Shown piece after piece: positions 38,385-47,656 of a DNA stretch of 64,000 bases. This DNA comes from Marispirochaeta sp. (GTDB lineage: Bacteria; Spirochaetota; Spirochaetia; JC444; Marispirochaetaceae): contig CAXXFF010000002.1 in assembly GCA_963676835.2 (NCBI GenBank), forward strand, positions 288,001 through 352,000, in the 5' to 3' direction. The position numbers were made by a program, and so were the translations under genes. Positions within the stretch are counted from its first letter, which is position 1. Each line of letters opens with the position of its first letter. The notes beneath the pieces were generated by a model. That model was not told where the DNA came from, did no database searches, and saw only the letters and a list, made by a program, of their open reading frames with translations.

Positions 38385-39782
38385 TCAATCTTCCATGGCT
38401 GCCATCAGGGCACCCAGTTTCTCGATAGTTTCCTGATACTCCCTTTCGGGGGTGGAATCATACACAATACCTGCTCCTGCCTGGAGAGTGATTGTATCCC
38501 CTTTCTGCAGCGCGCTCCTTATGGTGATGCAGGTATCCATCTGTCCATCTGGCTCAAAGTAACCAACCAGCCCGGCATAAAATCCCCGCTTCTTAGGCTC
38601 CAGGGAATCAATAATCTCCATAGCCCTGATCTTGGGAGCGCCCGAAACAGTTCCTGCAGGAAAAGTGGCCCGTACGACTGCGGCAGATTTCTTTCCTTCA
38701 AGCTTTCCCCGTACCCTGGACACCAGATGCATAACATGGGAATAGCGTTCAACATCCATAAACTCCACAACTTCCACTGAGCCGGCCTCACAAACCCGCC
38801 CGAGGTCGTTCCGGGCAAGATCGACCAGCATCAGATGTTCCGCCCGTTCTTTTTCATCGTTCTTAAGCTCATCTTCAAGCCGGCGGTCCTCTTCTTCGGT
38901 TTTTCCCCTTCGCCGGGTACCAGCAATGGGGTGAATCTCCGCGTATCCGTCTTTTACCTTTACATGGACCTCAGGAGACGATCCAAATATGGTGTAGTCA
39001 CCGAAATTCAGATAAAAAAGATAAGGAGAAGGATTCGCTCCCCTAAGGTGCCTGTAAGCCTCCAGGGGACTTATGGTGGTACGCAGGTTTATTCTTCTGG
39101 AAAGAACTCCCTGGACAATATCACCGGCAATAATATGCTGGCGCACCTTTTCAACCCCGTCCATATAGACCTGCCGATCTTCCTCAGAATCGCTGATCTC
39201 TGCGGCATAGCCTTTTTCCGGCTCCTCCATATAGGTGAAATCCAGGTTACCGATCTGTTTCTCCGCATTACTGATAAGTGATTCAAGATCGGCGGGGGAC
39301 TCGGCATAATCAAGGGCAATTAAATAGATCAGATCTGTATAATGATCAAAGACAACAAACAGGTTTCCGAAGATGAAACAGGCGTCAGGAAAATCACTGC
39401 TCTCTTTTGCTGAAAAATTGATATCATCGCAGAAGCGGGCAAACTCATAGGAGAGATACCCGACCCCGCCTGCAGGAAAAGGAAGCCCCATTGCCAGAGG
39501 CTTATGCTGGTCTGCAAAATAGTTCAACACGTCTAGAATATCCCTGGCACTGCTTTTAATACGCTTCTGCTGCGTCCCTTTCTGCAGAATTATATCCGCA
39601 TCCTGCTGCAAAACTCTAAATGCCTCTTTTATCAGGAGAATGGAAAAACGTTCTTTCCCCTTTTCAAAAGATGAAGACTCAAGCAGCACCGAAGCACCAA
39701 GTTTTCGTGCAAGAGAGTATGGAGTAAATTTATCACCGGGAACAGCTTTAATCAGAACCCGATCCGTATGTGGCTTCTGCAT
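38385..39782 (-). CDS. trpE: Anthranilate synthase component I
   Basis: LLESS, NPSPY, GSSPE, PIAGTRRRG, AEHLMLVDLARND, PAGTVSGAPK. Confidence 0.96.
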   Translation of the reverse strand: MQKPHTDRVLIKAVPGDKFTPYSLARKLGASVLLESSSFEKGKERFSILLIKEAFRVLQQDADIILQKGTQQKRIKSSARDILDVLNYFADQHKPLAMGLPFPAGGVGYLSYEFARFCDDINFSAKESSDFPDACFIFGNLFVVFDHYTDLIYLIALDYAESPADLESLISNAEKQIGNLDFTYMEEPEKGYAAEISDSEEDRQVYMDGVEKVRQHIIAGDIVQGVLSRRINLRTTISPLEAYRHLRGANPSPYLFYLNFGDYTIFGSSPEVHVKVKDGYAEIHPIAGTRRRGKTEEEDRRLEDELKNDEKERAEHLMLVDLARNDLGRVCEAGSVEVVEFMDVERYSHVMHLVSRVRGKLEGKKSAAVVRATFPAGTVSGAPKIRAMEIIDSLEPKKRGFYAGLVGYFEPDGQMDTCITIRSALQKGDTITLQAGAGIVYDSTPEREYQETIEKLGALMAAMED

Positions 39783-39811
39783 ATATATATCCTCACCATT
39801 ACGTTTCTACA

Positions 39812-39864
39812 TATAGTATCGTTACTACAAAAAGAAACTATACTGAAAACTGATGTACTGTCAA
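39812..39864 (-). promoter_or_regulatory. trp operon promoter and possible operator
   Basis: TTGACA-N16-TATAGT (39864-39837); imperfect palindrome TGTAGTA-ACGA-TACTATA at 39812-39829. Confidence 0.55.
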
Positions 39865-39942
39865 GTAGAAACACTGTTTTTGCTTTTATGTTCTAATATT
39901 CATATATTGAATTTGGAGAGTTATTTTAAACGGGGGATAAAA

Positions 39943-40686
39943 ATGAAAAGAGTTTCTATTCTACTGCTGCTTGTTTTTATAACCGCAGTATGGGCCATGT
40001 TTCTTATCGCAGAGGATGCAACTGTCCAGAGTTCTTCCTTCAATGTAGACGGATGGAAGGTCCGCTATGCATCACCAAGTTACGGGATATCGATGCTGCT
40101 CCTCAATGTTACCGCAAACGGACTCGATGAAACGGTAGCCGTTCCAGGATTTGATTTCCGCATACTCAACGGCATGAATGTCTCTAAACGGGGAGGCTTC
40201 TACACCGGTTATGAGGTAGGAGCGACTATTTATGTAATGAGCGAGTCCGATTCATTTTATGTTGACGACTTAAATAGCGGTTCCGGGGGTAATATTTATC
40301 TGTCTGATTTCTTTGCAGGCTCCGTCTACATAATGCAGAAATACGGTTACAGACTTGACCTGGGCATGAAGGCAGGAGGTTTGAGCATAGGCACCGAAAT
40401 CGGCATCGGACTGGTTGTAGGCGGCGGATCCTACGATATAATCGATGAAACAGATTCTGCCGAGGACGGCAGCGGCAGTACGGATAACCCCTTTGGTATG
40501 CTTATGGAACTGTCTCTGGAGGGGACTTTGCGTTTGGGTCAGAATACACGATTGTTCGCCGGCCTGGGCGCTGATCTCAGCAATCCTATGTTTGAGTCTG
40601 TTGAAGGATCAAGTTCTGCGAATCTGGATATAGAACAGGCACCGATCCGGCCCTTTCTTCGTGCCGGCTTCAGCATGAACTACTGA
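39943..40686 (+). CDS. Putative outer-membrane beta-barrel protein
   Basis: Signal peptide MKRVSILLLL from ATG 39943; Gly/aromatic beta strands; ends FSMNY. Confidence 0.6.
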   Translation: MKRVSILLLLVFITAVWAMFLIAEDATVQSSSFNVDGWKVRYASPSYGISMLLLNVTANGLDETVAVPGFDFRILNGMNVSKRGGFYTGYEVGATIYVMSESDSFYVDDLNSGSGGNIYLSDFFAGSVYIMQKYGYRLDLGMKAGGLSIGTEIGIGLVVGGGSYDIIDETDSAEDGSGSTDNPFGMLMELSLEGTLRLGQNTRLFAGLGADLSNPMFESVEGSSSANLDIEQAPIRPFLRAGFSMNY

Positions 40687-40696
40687 AAACTAATAA

Positions 40697-40726
40697 GCAG
40701 GAGCGCAGAAAAGACTGCACTCCTGC
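40697..40726. terminator. Hairpin between convergent genes (likely bidirectional terminator)
   Basis: GCAGGAGCGCAG-AAAAGA-CTGCACTCCTGC. Confidence 0.65.
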
Positions 40727-40742
40727 ATATTTATAGTTTACT

Positions 40743-41144
40743 TCAAAAAACCTCAGCCATATCCTGCTGATTATCTTCTGCACCTTCAGGCTGATCCTCT
40801 TCCTTATCATTGCTGCTGAACTGAGGTTTAAACTCAACCTTATCGGCAACAATCTTCACCTTATTCTGAACCTTACCGTCCTTATCCTCCCAGCGATCCT
40901 GCTTCAGCCGCCCTTTAATGCGTACACCCCTTCCCTTCTTGAGGTTTTCCGCACACCTTTTGGCCGTGTCGGACCAGGTCTCGATGTCGAAAAAAGATAC
41001 TTCCTGTTTGTTTTCATCCTCCTGACGGTAATACCTGTTTGAGGCAACAGAAAATGAGCAGACCGGGGTGCCCTTCGGGGTCTCTTTAAGCTGGGGATCA
41101 CGGACCAGATTCCCATCAATCATGATGTCGTTTAATGGATTCAT
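40743..41144 (-). CDS. ssb: Single-stranded DNA-binding protein
   Basis: GNLVRDPQL, FSVASNR, LKKGRGVRIKGRLKQDRWED; acidic tail ending VF. Confidence 0.95.
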   Translation of the reverse strand: MNPLNDIMIDGNLVRDPQLKETPKGTPVCSFSVASNRYYRQEDENKQEVSFFDIETWSDTAKRCAENLKKGRGVRIKGRLKQDRWEDKDGKVQNKVKIVADKVEFKPQFSSNDKEEDQPEGAEDNQQDMAEVF

Positions 41145-41183
41145 GTTTTTCCTCCTGGAAATTTTGATTTTTTGCGCGTCGCG

Positions 41184-41218
41184 TATAAGGAGAAACCGTG
41201 GAATTGAAGGTTTGATTC
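41184..41218 (-). promoter_or_regulatory. Shared motif GAATCA-N15-GGTTTC-N4-TATA upstream of ssb
   Basis: Same spacing as the motif before the coiled-coil array genes. Confidence 0.55.
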
Positions 41219-41309
41219 TGGTTTTTAGAATTTTTTTGAAAAAAAATGTGATTTTTTCTGAGGAATCTAAGAAAACTTTTTTAATTGGTTGTTTAAACCC
41301 CAGCTTAAG

Positions 41310-41385
41310 CCCCCTCGCCTGTTTGGGAGAGGGGGTTTGGGGGTGAGGGTCGGCTTCTAACAGTTTTAAAACATCTCCTCACCCT
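41310..41385. repeat. REP-like GC-rich palindromic element
   Basis: CCCCTCGCC..GGGAGAGGGGG..GGGGTGAGGG with complementary CCTCACCC at about 41377-41384, inside AT-rich DNA. Confidence 0.55.
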
Positions 41386-41511
41386 CTGAGGCCAAGCTTG
41401 ATAGTTGATTTAAAGATAACTGTATTTATTCAACATTCAGTTTCTTGAAGCAGGAAACCATATGTGCGGTATCTTTCTATAGAGAACAACCCTGTTTAGG
41501 AGGTATACAAT

Positions 41512-41832
41512 ATGGGAGAGACACATATGGAACTTGGTTCTAAAGAATTATAGTATATTGGCGATTATATTCGCCTGCATATCCCCGAATGGTTTCCAGC
41601 GGTTAAGACTGACCGGCAGATTAACCTGGTGGAACGAATCGTTCGCGTTGAGGAAGAGCTTAAGTCTCAGCGTGAACTGATGATTCAGGGCTTTAATTCG
41701 ATAGATAAACGCCTGGAAAGCAATGAAAAACGGTATGAAGATATGAACAGCCGTTTTAACAGCCTTCAATGGACAATCGGCCTTGGTTTTACCCTCATGG
41801 CCGGATTGATGGCGGTTTTTAATCTCTTTTAA
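41512..41832 (+). pseudogene. Coiled-coil membrane-anchored protein, copy A (in-frame TAG at 41551)
   Basis: AGGAGG+ATG 41512; MGETHMELGSKEL*YIGDYIRLH... homologous to the array genes at 47851-50136. Confidence 0.8.
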
Positions 41833-41928
41833 ATTGGAATACCTTCTTTTTCCATATTACCAACCCTATTTTTAGCGATCCTTGAAGCAGCAGCTCAGTT
41901 TCCCGGTTACTAGTACCGGAGGCTGCCA

Positions 41929-42900
41929 ATGGCGCGAAACTATAAAGATACGGGACTTACTGAACTCTTCCGGCACCCGGCGTTTATTAACTCATTGCTT
42001 ACCGAAATAGTTGCCGAACCATGGGTAAACCTTATTGACTTCAGTACCATGAAAATAGAAGACGGAGTTCACAAAGATATTGCAGAGCCTGCCCTGTTCA
42101 GCGACCTTATTGTCAGCTTTTCCTGTACAAAAAAGTCTGAGAACATAGGACTTTCCATTTATCTGCTGATAGAATTCCAGAGCAGCCCGGAACCGATGTC
42201 CTTGCGGCTTTTAGAATATCTTGCCCGGGTATACAGGAAACAAACCCATGGGAAAAATCGTTACAGCCCTCTTCACCCCGTGGTACCGATTGTAATCTAT
42301 AACGGAGAAAGACCATGGAAAGAGGATCCCTGCTTTATTAAGCGGTTTACCAATCTTCCAATGAGTCTTGTCCCATACATTCCGGATTTCCGCTATTTTC
42401 TGCTTGATGAAGGCAGATTTGATCCGATCCTGCTTTCACAGCTTAAAGGGGCGGCTGCCGCTTTTATTCAACTTGATACAATTTCTGAACCTGAAAAAGT
42501 GGATGAGGCATCAGCAACAATTATTTCCATATTACATCAGCTGTGGAAAAGAGAACCCGAAGCAGCCACACTACTGTCAAAATACATAGAAGGACTGCTT
42601 GCCCACCGAGGAATTGATAGCCCCGCTGTGACTGAGTATATTAATGGACGGAGGAGACCGATGTTTGCAGAAAGACTTGACCGTGCCCTAGATAATAAAT
42701 GGAAGGAAGGCGTTCTTGAGGGCGCTATCCAAGAGAAGCAGATGGTCTTACTGAGACTTCTCTCCCGCAAGTTTGAGATAAGCGATGCTGATCGGATTAT
42801 AGTTAATTCCTGTAAAAATCCGGATAAGCTGGATGCGGCGCTGGATGTTATTCTGTTTGCGTCTGAGAAAAGTGATGTAATAAACGAGATCGATCAGTAG
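41929..42900 (+). CDS. Rpn/YhgA-family PD-(D/E)XK nuclease (putative transposase_31) with DUF4351-like tail
   Basis: FSDLIV, YLLIEFQS, MSLRLLEY, PVVPIVIYNGERPW, YIPDFRYFLLD. Confidence 0.88.
   Translation: MARNYKDTGLTELFRHPAFINSLLTEIVAEPWVNLIDFSTMKIEDGVHKDIAEPALFSDLIVSFSCTKKSENIGLSIYLLIEFQSSPEPMSLRLLEYLARVYRKQTHGKNRYSPLHPVVPIVIYNGERPWKEDPCFIKRFTNLPMSLVPYIPDFRYFLLDEGRFDPILLSQLKGAAAAFIQLDTISEPEKVDEASATIISILHQLWKREPEAATLLSKYIEGLLAHRGIDSPAVTEYINGRRRPMFAERLDRALDNKWKEGVLEGAIQEKQMVLLRLLSRKFEISDADRIIVNSCKNPDKLDAALDVILFASEKSDVINEIDQ
42661..42900 (+). CDS. Putative intragenic small C-terminal product (RpnS-like) of rpn copy 1
   Basis: Internal GGAGGA at 42650-42655, then in-frame ATG 42661. Confidence 0.6.
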   Translation: MFAERLDRALDNKWKEGVLEGAIQEKQMVLLRLLSRKFEISDADRIIVNSCKNPDKLDAALDVILFASEKSDVINEIDQ

Positions 42901-42975
42901 TCCTTTCCAACCCCTTTTTCAAAATTCCTTGAAGCAGCAGCTCAGTTTCCCGGTTACTATTACCGGAGGCTGCCA

Positions 42976-43971
42976 ATGGCGCGAAACTATAAAGATACGG
43001 GACTTACTGAACTCTTCCGGCACCCGGCGTTTATAAACTCATTACTTACCGAGATAGTTGCTGAACCATGGGTAAACCTTATTGACTTCAGTACCATGAA
43101 GGTAGAAGACGGAGTCCATAAAGATATTGGCCAACCAGCACTCTTCAGCGACCTTATTGTAAGCTTTTCCTGTACAAAAAAGTCTGAGAACATAGGACTT
43201 TCCATTTATCTGCTGATAGAATTCCAGAGCAACCCGGAACCGATGTCCTTGCGACTGCTGGAATATCTAGCCCGGGTATACAGGAAACAAACCCAGGGGA
43301 AAAAGCACTATAATCCTCTGCATCCTGTGGTTCCGATTGTAATCTATAACGGTGAAAGGCCATGGAAAGAGGATCCCTGCTTTATTATGCGATTTACCAA
43401 TCTTCCAATGAGTCTTGTCCCATACATCCCGGATTTCCGCTATTTTCTGCTTGATGAAGGCAGGTTCGACCCGATACTGCTTTCACAGCTTAAAGGTGCA
43501 ACAGCAGCCTTTATTCAACTGGATACTCTCACTGAACCTGAAAAAGCTGACAAGGTATCAGCAAAAATTATAACTATATTACATCAGCTGTGGACAAGAG
43601 AACCCGACGCAGCCAGGCTGCTGTCCAAATACATAGAAGGTCTGCTGGCCCACAGGGGAATTGATAACCCTGCTGTCACTGAGTATATTAATGAACGGAG
43701 GAGACCGATGTTTGCAGAAAGACTTGACCGTGCCCTGGATAATAAATGGAAGGAAGGCCGTAAACAAGGAAAAGAGGAAGGAGTCCTCGAGGGTGCCATT
43801 CAAGACAAACAGACTATCTTAATGAGACAACTCTCCCGCAAGTTTGAGGTAAATAACGCCGATCAGGAACTGGTTAACTCCTGCAAAGATCCGGATAAGC
43901 TGGATGCAGCGCTGGATGTTATTCTGTTTGCGTCTGATAAAGGCGATGTTTTGAGGGAGCTGGAAAATTAG
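42976..43971 (+). CDS. Rpn/YhgA-family PD-(D/E)XK nuclease, tandem paralog
   Basis: Near-identical N-terminus to the 41929 copy; same motifs; 8-aa RKQGKEEG insertion in the tail. Confidence 0.88.
   Translation: MARNYKDTGLTELFRHPAFINSLLTEIVAEPWVNLIDFSTMKVEDGVHKDIGQPALFSDLIVSFSCTKKSENIGLSIYLLIEFQSNPEPMSLRLLEYLARVYRKQTQGKKHYNPLHPVVPIVIYNGERPWKEDPCFIMRFTNLPMSLVPYIPDFRYFLLDEGRFDPILLSQLKGATAAFIQLDTLTEPEKADKVSAKIITILHQLWTREPDAARLLSKYIEGLLAHRGIDNPAVTEYINERRRPMFAERLDRALDNKWKEGRKQGKEEGVLEGAIQDKQTILMRQLSRKFEVNNADQELVNSCKDPDKLDAALDVILFASDKGDVLRELEN
43708..43971 (+). CDS. Putative intragenic small C-terminal product (RpnS-like) of rpn copy 2
   Basis: Internal GGAGGA at 43697-43702, then in-frame ATG 43708. 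Confidence 0.6.
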   Translation: MFAERLDRALDNKWKEGRKQGKEEGVLEGAIQDKQTILMRQLSRKFEVNNADQELVNSCKDPDKLDAALDVILFASDKGDVLRELEN

Positions 43972-44126
43972 TAGCTGGATTTTCCAAAATCCATAAATTT
44001 TCAAATTTTGTTCGTTATCTTAGATTATACTTTTGTTTAAAAATTTTTTTCTACCTCCTTCCGGCATCTTGAGACCATTTACATAGAATCATTCCATCTA
44101 AGACTACCCATGTTTGGAGTTAGACT

Positions 44127-44447
44127 ATTGAAGAGATACATATGGAACTTGGTTCTAAAGAATTACAGTAAATTGGCGATTATATTCGTCTGCATATCCC
44201 CGAATGGTTTCCAGCGGTTAATACCGACCGGCAGATTAACCTGGTGGAACGAATCGTTCGCGTTGAGGAAGAGCTTAAGTCTCAGTGTGAGCTGATGATT
44301 CAGGGCTTTAATTCGATAGACAAACGCCTGGCAAGTAATGAAAAGCGATTCACGGATATGAATAACCGTTTTAACAGCCTTCAATGGACTATAGGTCTTG
44401 GTTTTACCCTCATGGCAGGGTTGATGGCGGTTTTTAATTTCTTTTGA
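44127..44447 (+). pseudogene. Coiled-coil membrane-anchored protein, copy B (start decayed to ATT, TAA at 44169)
   Basis: IEEIHMELGSKELQ*IGDYIRLH...; direct repeat of copy A. Confidence 0.8.
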
Positions 44448-44582
44448 GACAATCAGATCTTTTTATCCAACAATCTATTGAAGATTTAAAGCAAACGAAT
44501 TAATAGAATTAAAGAATTCATTCACTTTTTCTATTCTCCCTCCTTTTCCGGGAAAGGAGAATAGACGGAGACATAGAATTGA

Positions 44583-45167
44583 TTAAAGCTTTGTAAAAGG
44601 AAATTTAAACTCGTAGACGTCTGGTTTGAACTCCCCGCCGAAAAGAGGAAGATACAAAGTCATCTCTCCATATTTTGGAACATTTGCAAAAAATACAGCA
44701 TAACCACGTTTAAGCCCCCCTGCTGGGATTAAGACATCCCGGGGAAGAGTATACTTGTCTATAATGTCTTCCATACGAGCTCGTTCTGCACTCTTAATAT
44801 CACCAGGATTATTGCGCCAGTAATTTTTAATCTGAAAAGCATTCTTTGTAGAACTAAAACTTGCACCCATATGCAACTCAAGATCTGGAAGCTCAAAAGT
44901 CGCAGCCTTATCGGTCTTATTCTTGATAATTATTTCAAATACAACATACTCGCGAGGTTCAAGAAAACTGGAATCCACAACAAAAGGGCTGGATACACGA
45001 CCACTCTGGCGTTCTAAATCCGCCTCAGTAACGACACTCACCTGGATATTATATTTTTCATCCTGAGCTATCTGTTTTGGTGTCTCATACACTGGAGGAA
45101 CGGATGTGACACATCCGAATAGAAGAGTTACAACAAGTATTGTTATAGAAAAAATACGCATCGTCAT
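44583..45167 (-). CDS. Hypothetical lipoprotein
   Basis: Lipobox LFGC; 194-aa ORF. Confidence 0.7.
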   Translation of the reverse strand: MTMRIFSITILVVTLLFGCVTSVPPVYETPKQIAQDEKYNIQVSVVTEADLERQSGRVSSPFVVDSSFLEPREYVVFEIIIKNKTDKAATFELPDLELHMGASFSSTKNAFQIKNYWRNNPGDIKSAERARMEDIIDKYTLPRDVLIPAGGLKRGYAVFFANVPKYGEMTLYLPLFGGEFKPDVYEFKFPFTKL

Positions 45168-45194
45168 GCCCTTACTTTAACTAGTATTAGACTA

Positions 45195-45230
45195 AAAGAA
45201 AAGGGCTACCCGAAAAAACGGATAGCCCTT
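45195..45230 (-). terminator. Rho-independent terminator of the outer-membrane protein gene
   Basis: AAGGGCTACCCG-AAAAAA-CGGATAGCCCTT stem, with a T-rich tail on the minus strand. Confidence 0.8.
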
Positions 45231-45258
45231 ATAAATGTGTTGTTAAGTACTCAGCAAC

Positions 45259-46320
45259 TTAGAAGTCGCAGGTAACAACCATGTAGATACCGCCTTCCAT
45301 GGCACCAGCAGCACCATTAGCGTTGCTTGACCAGCCAGCGTCGGTCATGTAACCGAGGCGGTACTGAGCAGCACCGATATTTACATAGGCAGAAGCATCA
45401 AGTCCTTCGGAAGAAGATGAATCCATGTTGTATTTGAAATCGATGTCTGCACCGAAATCGCCATAACCGAGGCTTACACCACCACCAAGGATGTTCATTG
45501 TAACATCATCATTTCCGGAGAAAGATACAGATGCATCAACAGAAGTCATGTCATCGATATCCATGGCATAAAGTGCACCCGCACCAAAAGCCATCTTGTC
45601 ACCATCAGTATCAGCTTCGGTGTCAGTAGAGAAAGAACCACCTACAGTAAGACCAGCCATTGTATAAGAGGCATCTGCCGCGATTATAGTAGACTTTGCA
45701 ACATCGTTAGCAGTACCAGTAGGAGCAAGGTTTTCATTTGTCAGCTTTGCGCCTGCCTCAAAAGAGAGACCTTCAACCAGAGAAGTAGATCCAACAAGGA
45801 AAAGCATCTGAGGAGTATGCATAGCAACAGAACCAGTTGAATCAGTAAGATCATCAACCATGAAGTTCATATTAGACGCTACAGAAGCCCATATGGAACC
45901 GAAATCAAGGTTTACATCCAGAACTGCATCAGACGTCATAGCACCGATGTAACCGGCAGAAGCCTGATTTGCATTTCCGAAGTCAGAGTATTCCTCACCT
46001 TCGGGTCCCTGAATACCAGAAACAAGCTCAACACCTACACCAGACAGTCCAAGGTACGCACCAAGGTCGGTAGTAAGCTTGAAGCCATCCCAAGCAATAT
46101 CATTAGCGGCTGTAGCTTTGTAATCAAACTCAGTTGACATGCTGTTGTATTCATCGATATCTACAGCAATACCAAGTTCCAGCTCATCAAACCCTGCTGA
46201 ATAGTTGTCATCAAAATTGCTGGTCCAACCGAAGTCAGTGTCCCAAGAGAAGCTCCAGTCTGCCGCGAAAGCGGTAGTTGCAAGAGCAAGTGCAACAAAA
46301 AGGACGATAAGTTTTTTCAT
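45259..46320 (-). CDS. Major outer-membrane/sheath porin-like protein (Msp-like)
   Basis: Signal peptide MKKLIVLFVALALATTAFA; acidic Gly/Asp-rich beta strands; C-terminal F; strong promoter and terminator. Confidence 0.65.
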   Translation of the reverse strand: MKKLIVLFVALALATTAFAADWSFSWDTDFGWTSNFDDNYSAGFDELELGIAVDIDEYNSMSTEFDYKATAANDIAWDGFKLTTDLGAYLGLSGVGVELVSGIQGPEGEEYSDFGNANQASAGYIGAMTSDAVLDVNLDFGSIWASVASNMNFMVDDLTDSTGSVAMHTPQMLFLVGSTSLVEGLSFEAGAKLTNENLAPTGTANDVAKSTIIAADASYTMAGLTVGGSFSTDTEADTDGDKMAFGAGALYAMDIDDMTSVDASVSFSGNDDVTMNILGGGVSLGYGDFGADIDFKYNMDSSSSEGLDASAYVNIGAAQYRLGYMTDAGWSSNANGAAGAMEGGIYMVVTCDF

Positions 46321-46398
46321 AATTGTCCTTCCTCCATCGTGTTTTAGGGCGCTATGTACACGACATAACGGTTATCCCTTAAGTTAATTATTGGAGTT

Positions 46399-46427
46399 AG
46401 TATAGCAACCGCCATATTGGCTGTCAA
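46399..46427 (-). promoter_or_regulatory. Strong sigma70 promoter
   Basis: TTGACA-N17-TATACT with extended -10 TG and AT-rich upstream DNA. Confidence 0.8.
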
Positions 46428-46679
46428 GAAAAATTACGTTTTTACAGAAAATGCACGGTTAGAAATAAATTAAATAAATATCCTTCTAGTAACTATTTAT
46501 ATATTCTTTTTTGACCGCTCAACCGGTACTTACCGGGGTAAAAGTGCGCAAAAAGGTAAAAAACACATTAACAAAATAAAGTAATTAGACATTTAAAATA
46601 TATTAGACCTGATTATTTTTCTTTATTTATTCAGTATTAATTGCGAAAAAAAAATAAGTACTATACATTTATAGACTGC

Positions 46680-47633
46680 ATGAATAATTCCGGGGTCGAA
46701 AAAAAAATAATCGGTGACTGGTCATTAATCACTTCTCAGGCCGGAGATTTATATTCCGCCCAGGATTTTTTCGCCTTTAAAGCGGAATTTTTAAAAAAGG
46801 AACTGGACGAATTAAAGTCCGATGTTGAGTTTGGAATAATAGAATTCAAGCAGTCGGTCCTGCAGGATACCTTCTCTTTTATAGAGTCACTAAAATACGA
46901 TTCAAAAGATTTTTCCCGGATCGGCCACCAGGCATTACGGCTAAGTTATCTTGTATATTTAAATTTAATTCAGAAATATATCTGCACCGGCTCTATACGA
47001 ATTCGCAAAAATGCAGCCATAAAAGAGACTGTTAAAGAAGAACCAAATTCCCATGCAGCAGTTGACCTGAAAACGGTTATTGCCGAGGTTTCACGGCTTA
47101 TAGGAGAAAAACCCGAATTAAAGGGCAACACCTATATAAAGAACATATTAATGCAGGTTCAGATCTATAAAAAAGAACTAGCCGAAACCCAGCGGATTGC
47201 AGCCAAAATGCCCAGAGAAAAAGCTGTAGGCCTTATAAATAACTTTAAAACCCGAATTGCAGAAATAAGCGATAGTGTTTCCGATAACTTCAACAAACTT
47301 CAGCAGGAAATAAACCCTGCCCCGGAAAAAGCCGCCGAAGGCCTTATTTCCTATAACCTTAGACCTCTTGCACCTCTATTTGATGCTCAGGCAAAAAGTG
47401 CCTCCATGCTGGCAAGCCGCTTCCACCTGGTAAGCGACGAACACTACGGAGCCAGGGATGTACTGCTGCCCATGCTGGAGAAAAAAGATGCTTTTTTGGG
47501 GCAGATAGACAAGGAAATGGCAGCCTATGCCCAGCTGGAACCCTTTGACGGGGGAAAGCGCAAAGCCTCCATGGAATTTACCCGGGAAATTATCCGCATA
47601 TTGAGCCGTGAAGCTGAGGATGCTTACCGGTAG
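46680..47633 (+). CDS. Hypothetical helical protein
   Basis: Long ORF; ATG 46680 follows TTGCGA-N17-TACATT. Confidence 0.65.
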   Translation: MNNSGVEKKIIGDWSLITSQAGDLYSAQDFFAFKAEFLKKELDELKSDVEFGIIEFKQSVLQDTFSFIESLKYDSKDFSRIGHQALRLSYLVYLNLIQKYICTGSIRIRKNAAIKETVKEEPNSHAAVDLKTVIAEVSRLIGEKPELKGNTYIKNILMQVQIYKKELAETQRIAAKMPREKAVGLINNFKTRIAEISDSVSDNFNKLQQEINPAPEKAAEGLISYNLRPLAPLFDAQAKSASMLASRFHLVSDEHYGARDVLLPMLEKKDAFLGQIDKEMAAYAQLEPFDGGKRKASMEFTREIIRILSREAEDAYR

Positions 47634-47656
47634 AGCCGGATTTACCGCATATTTAT

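Noticed and set aside
41385..41425. Remnant of a DUF559/GxxExxY gene next to the REP-like hairpin
   Set aside because: Only a few residues (EAKLIVDL) appear after assuming a frameshift; not distinguishable from chance
41548..41556. Programmed TAG read-through (pyrrolysine or recoding) in copy A
   Set aside because: Copy B has a different stop (TAA) in the next codon, and other genes use TAG as a normal stop
41929..43971. rpn genes as IS transposases
   Set aside because: No terminal inverted repeats or target duplications seen; the Rpn/YhgA family is not shown to transpose
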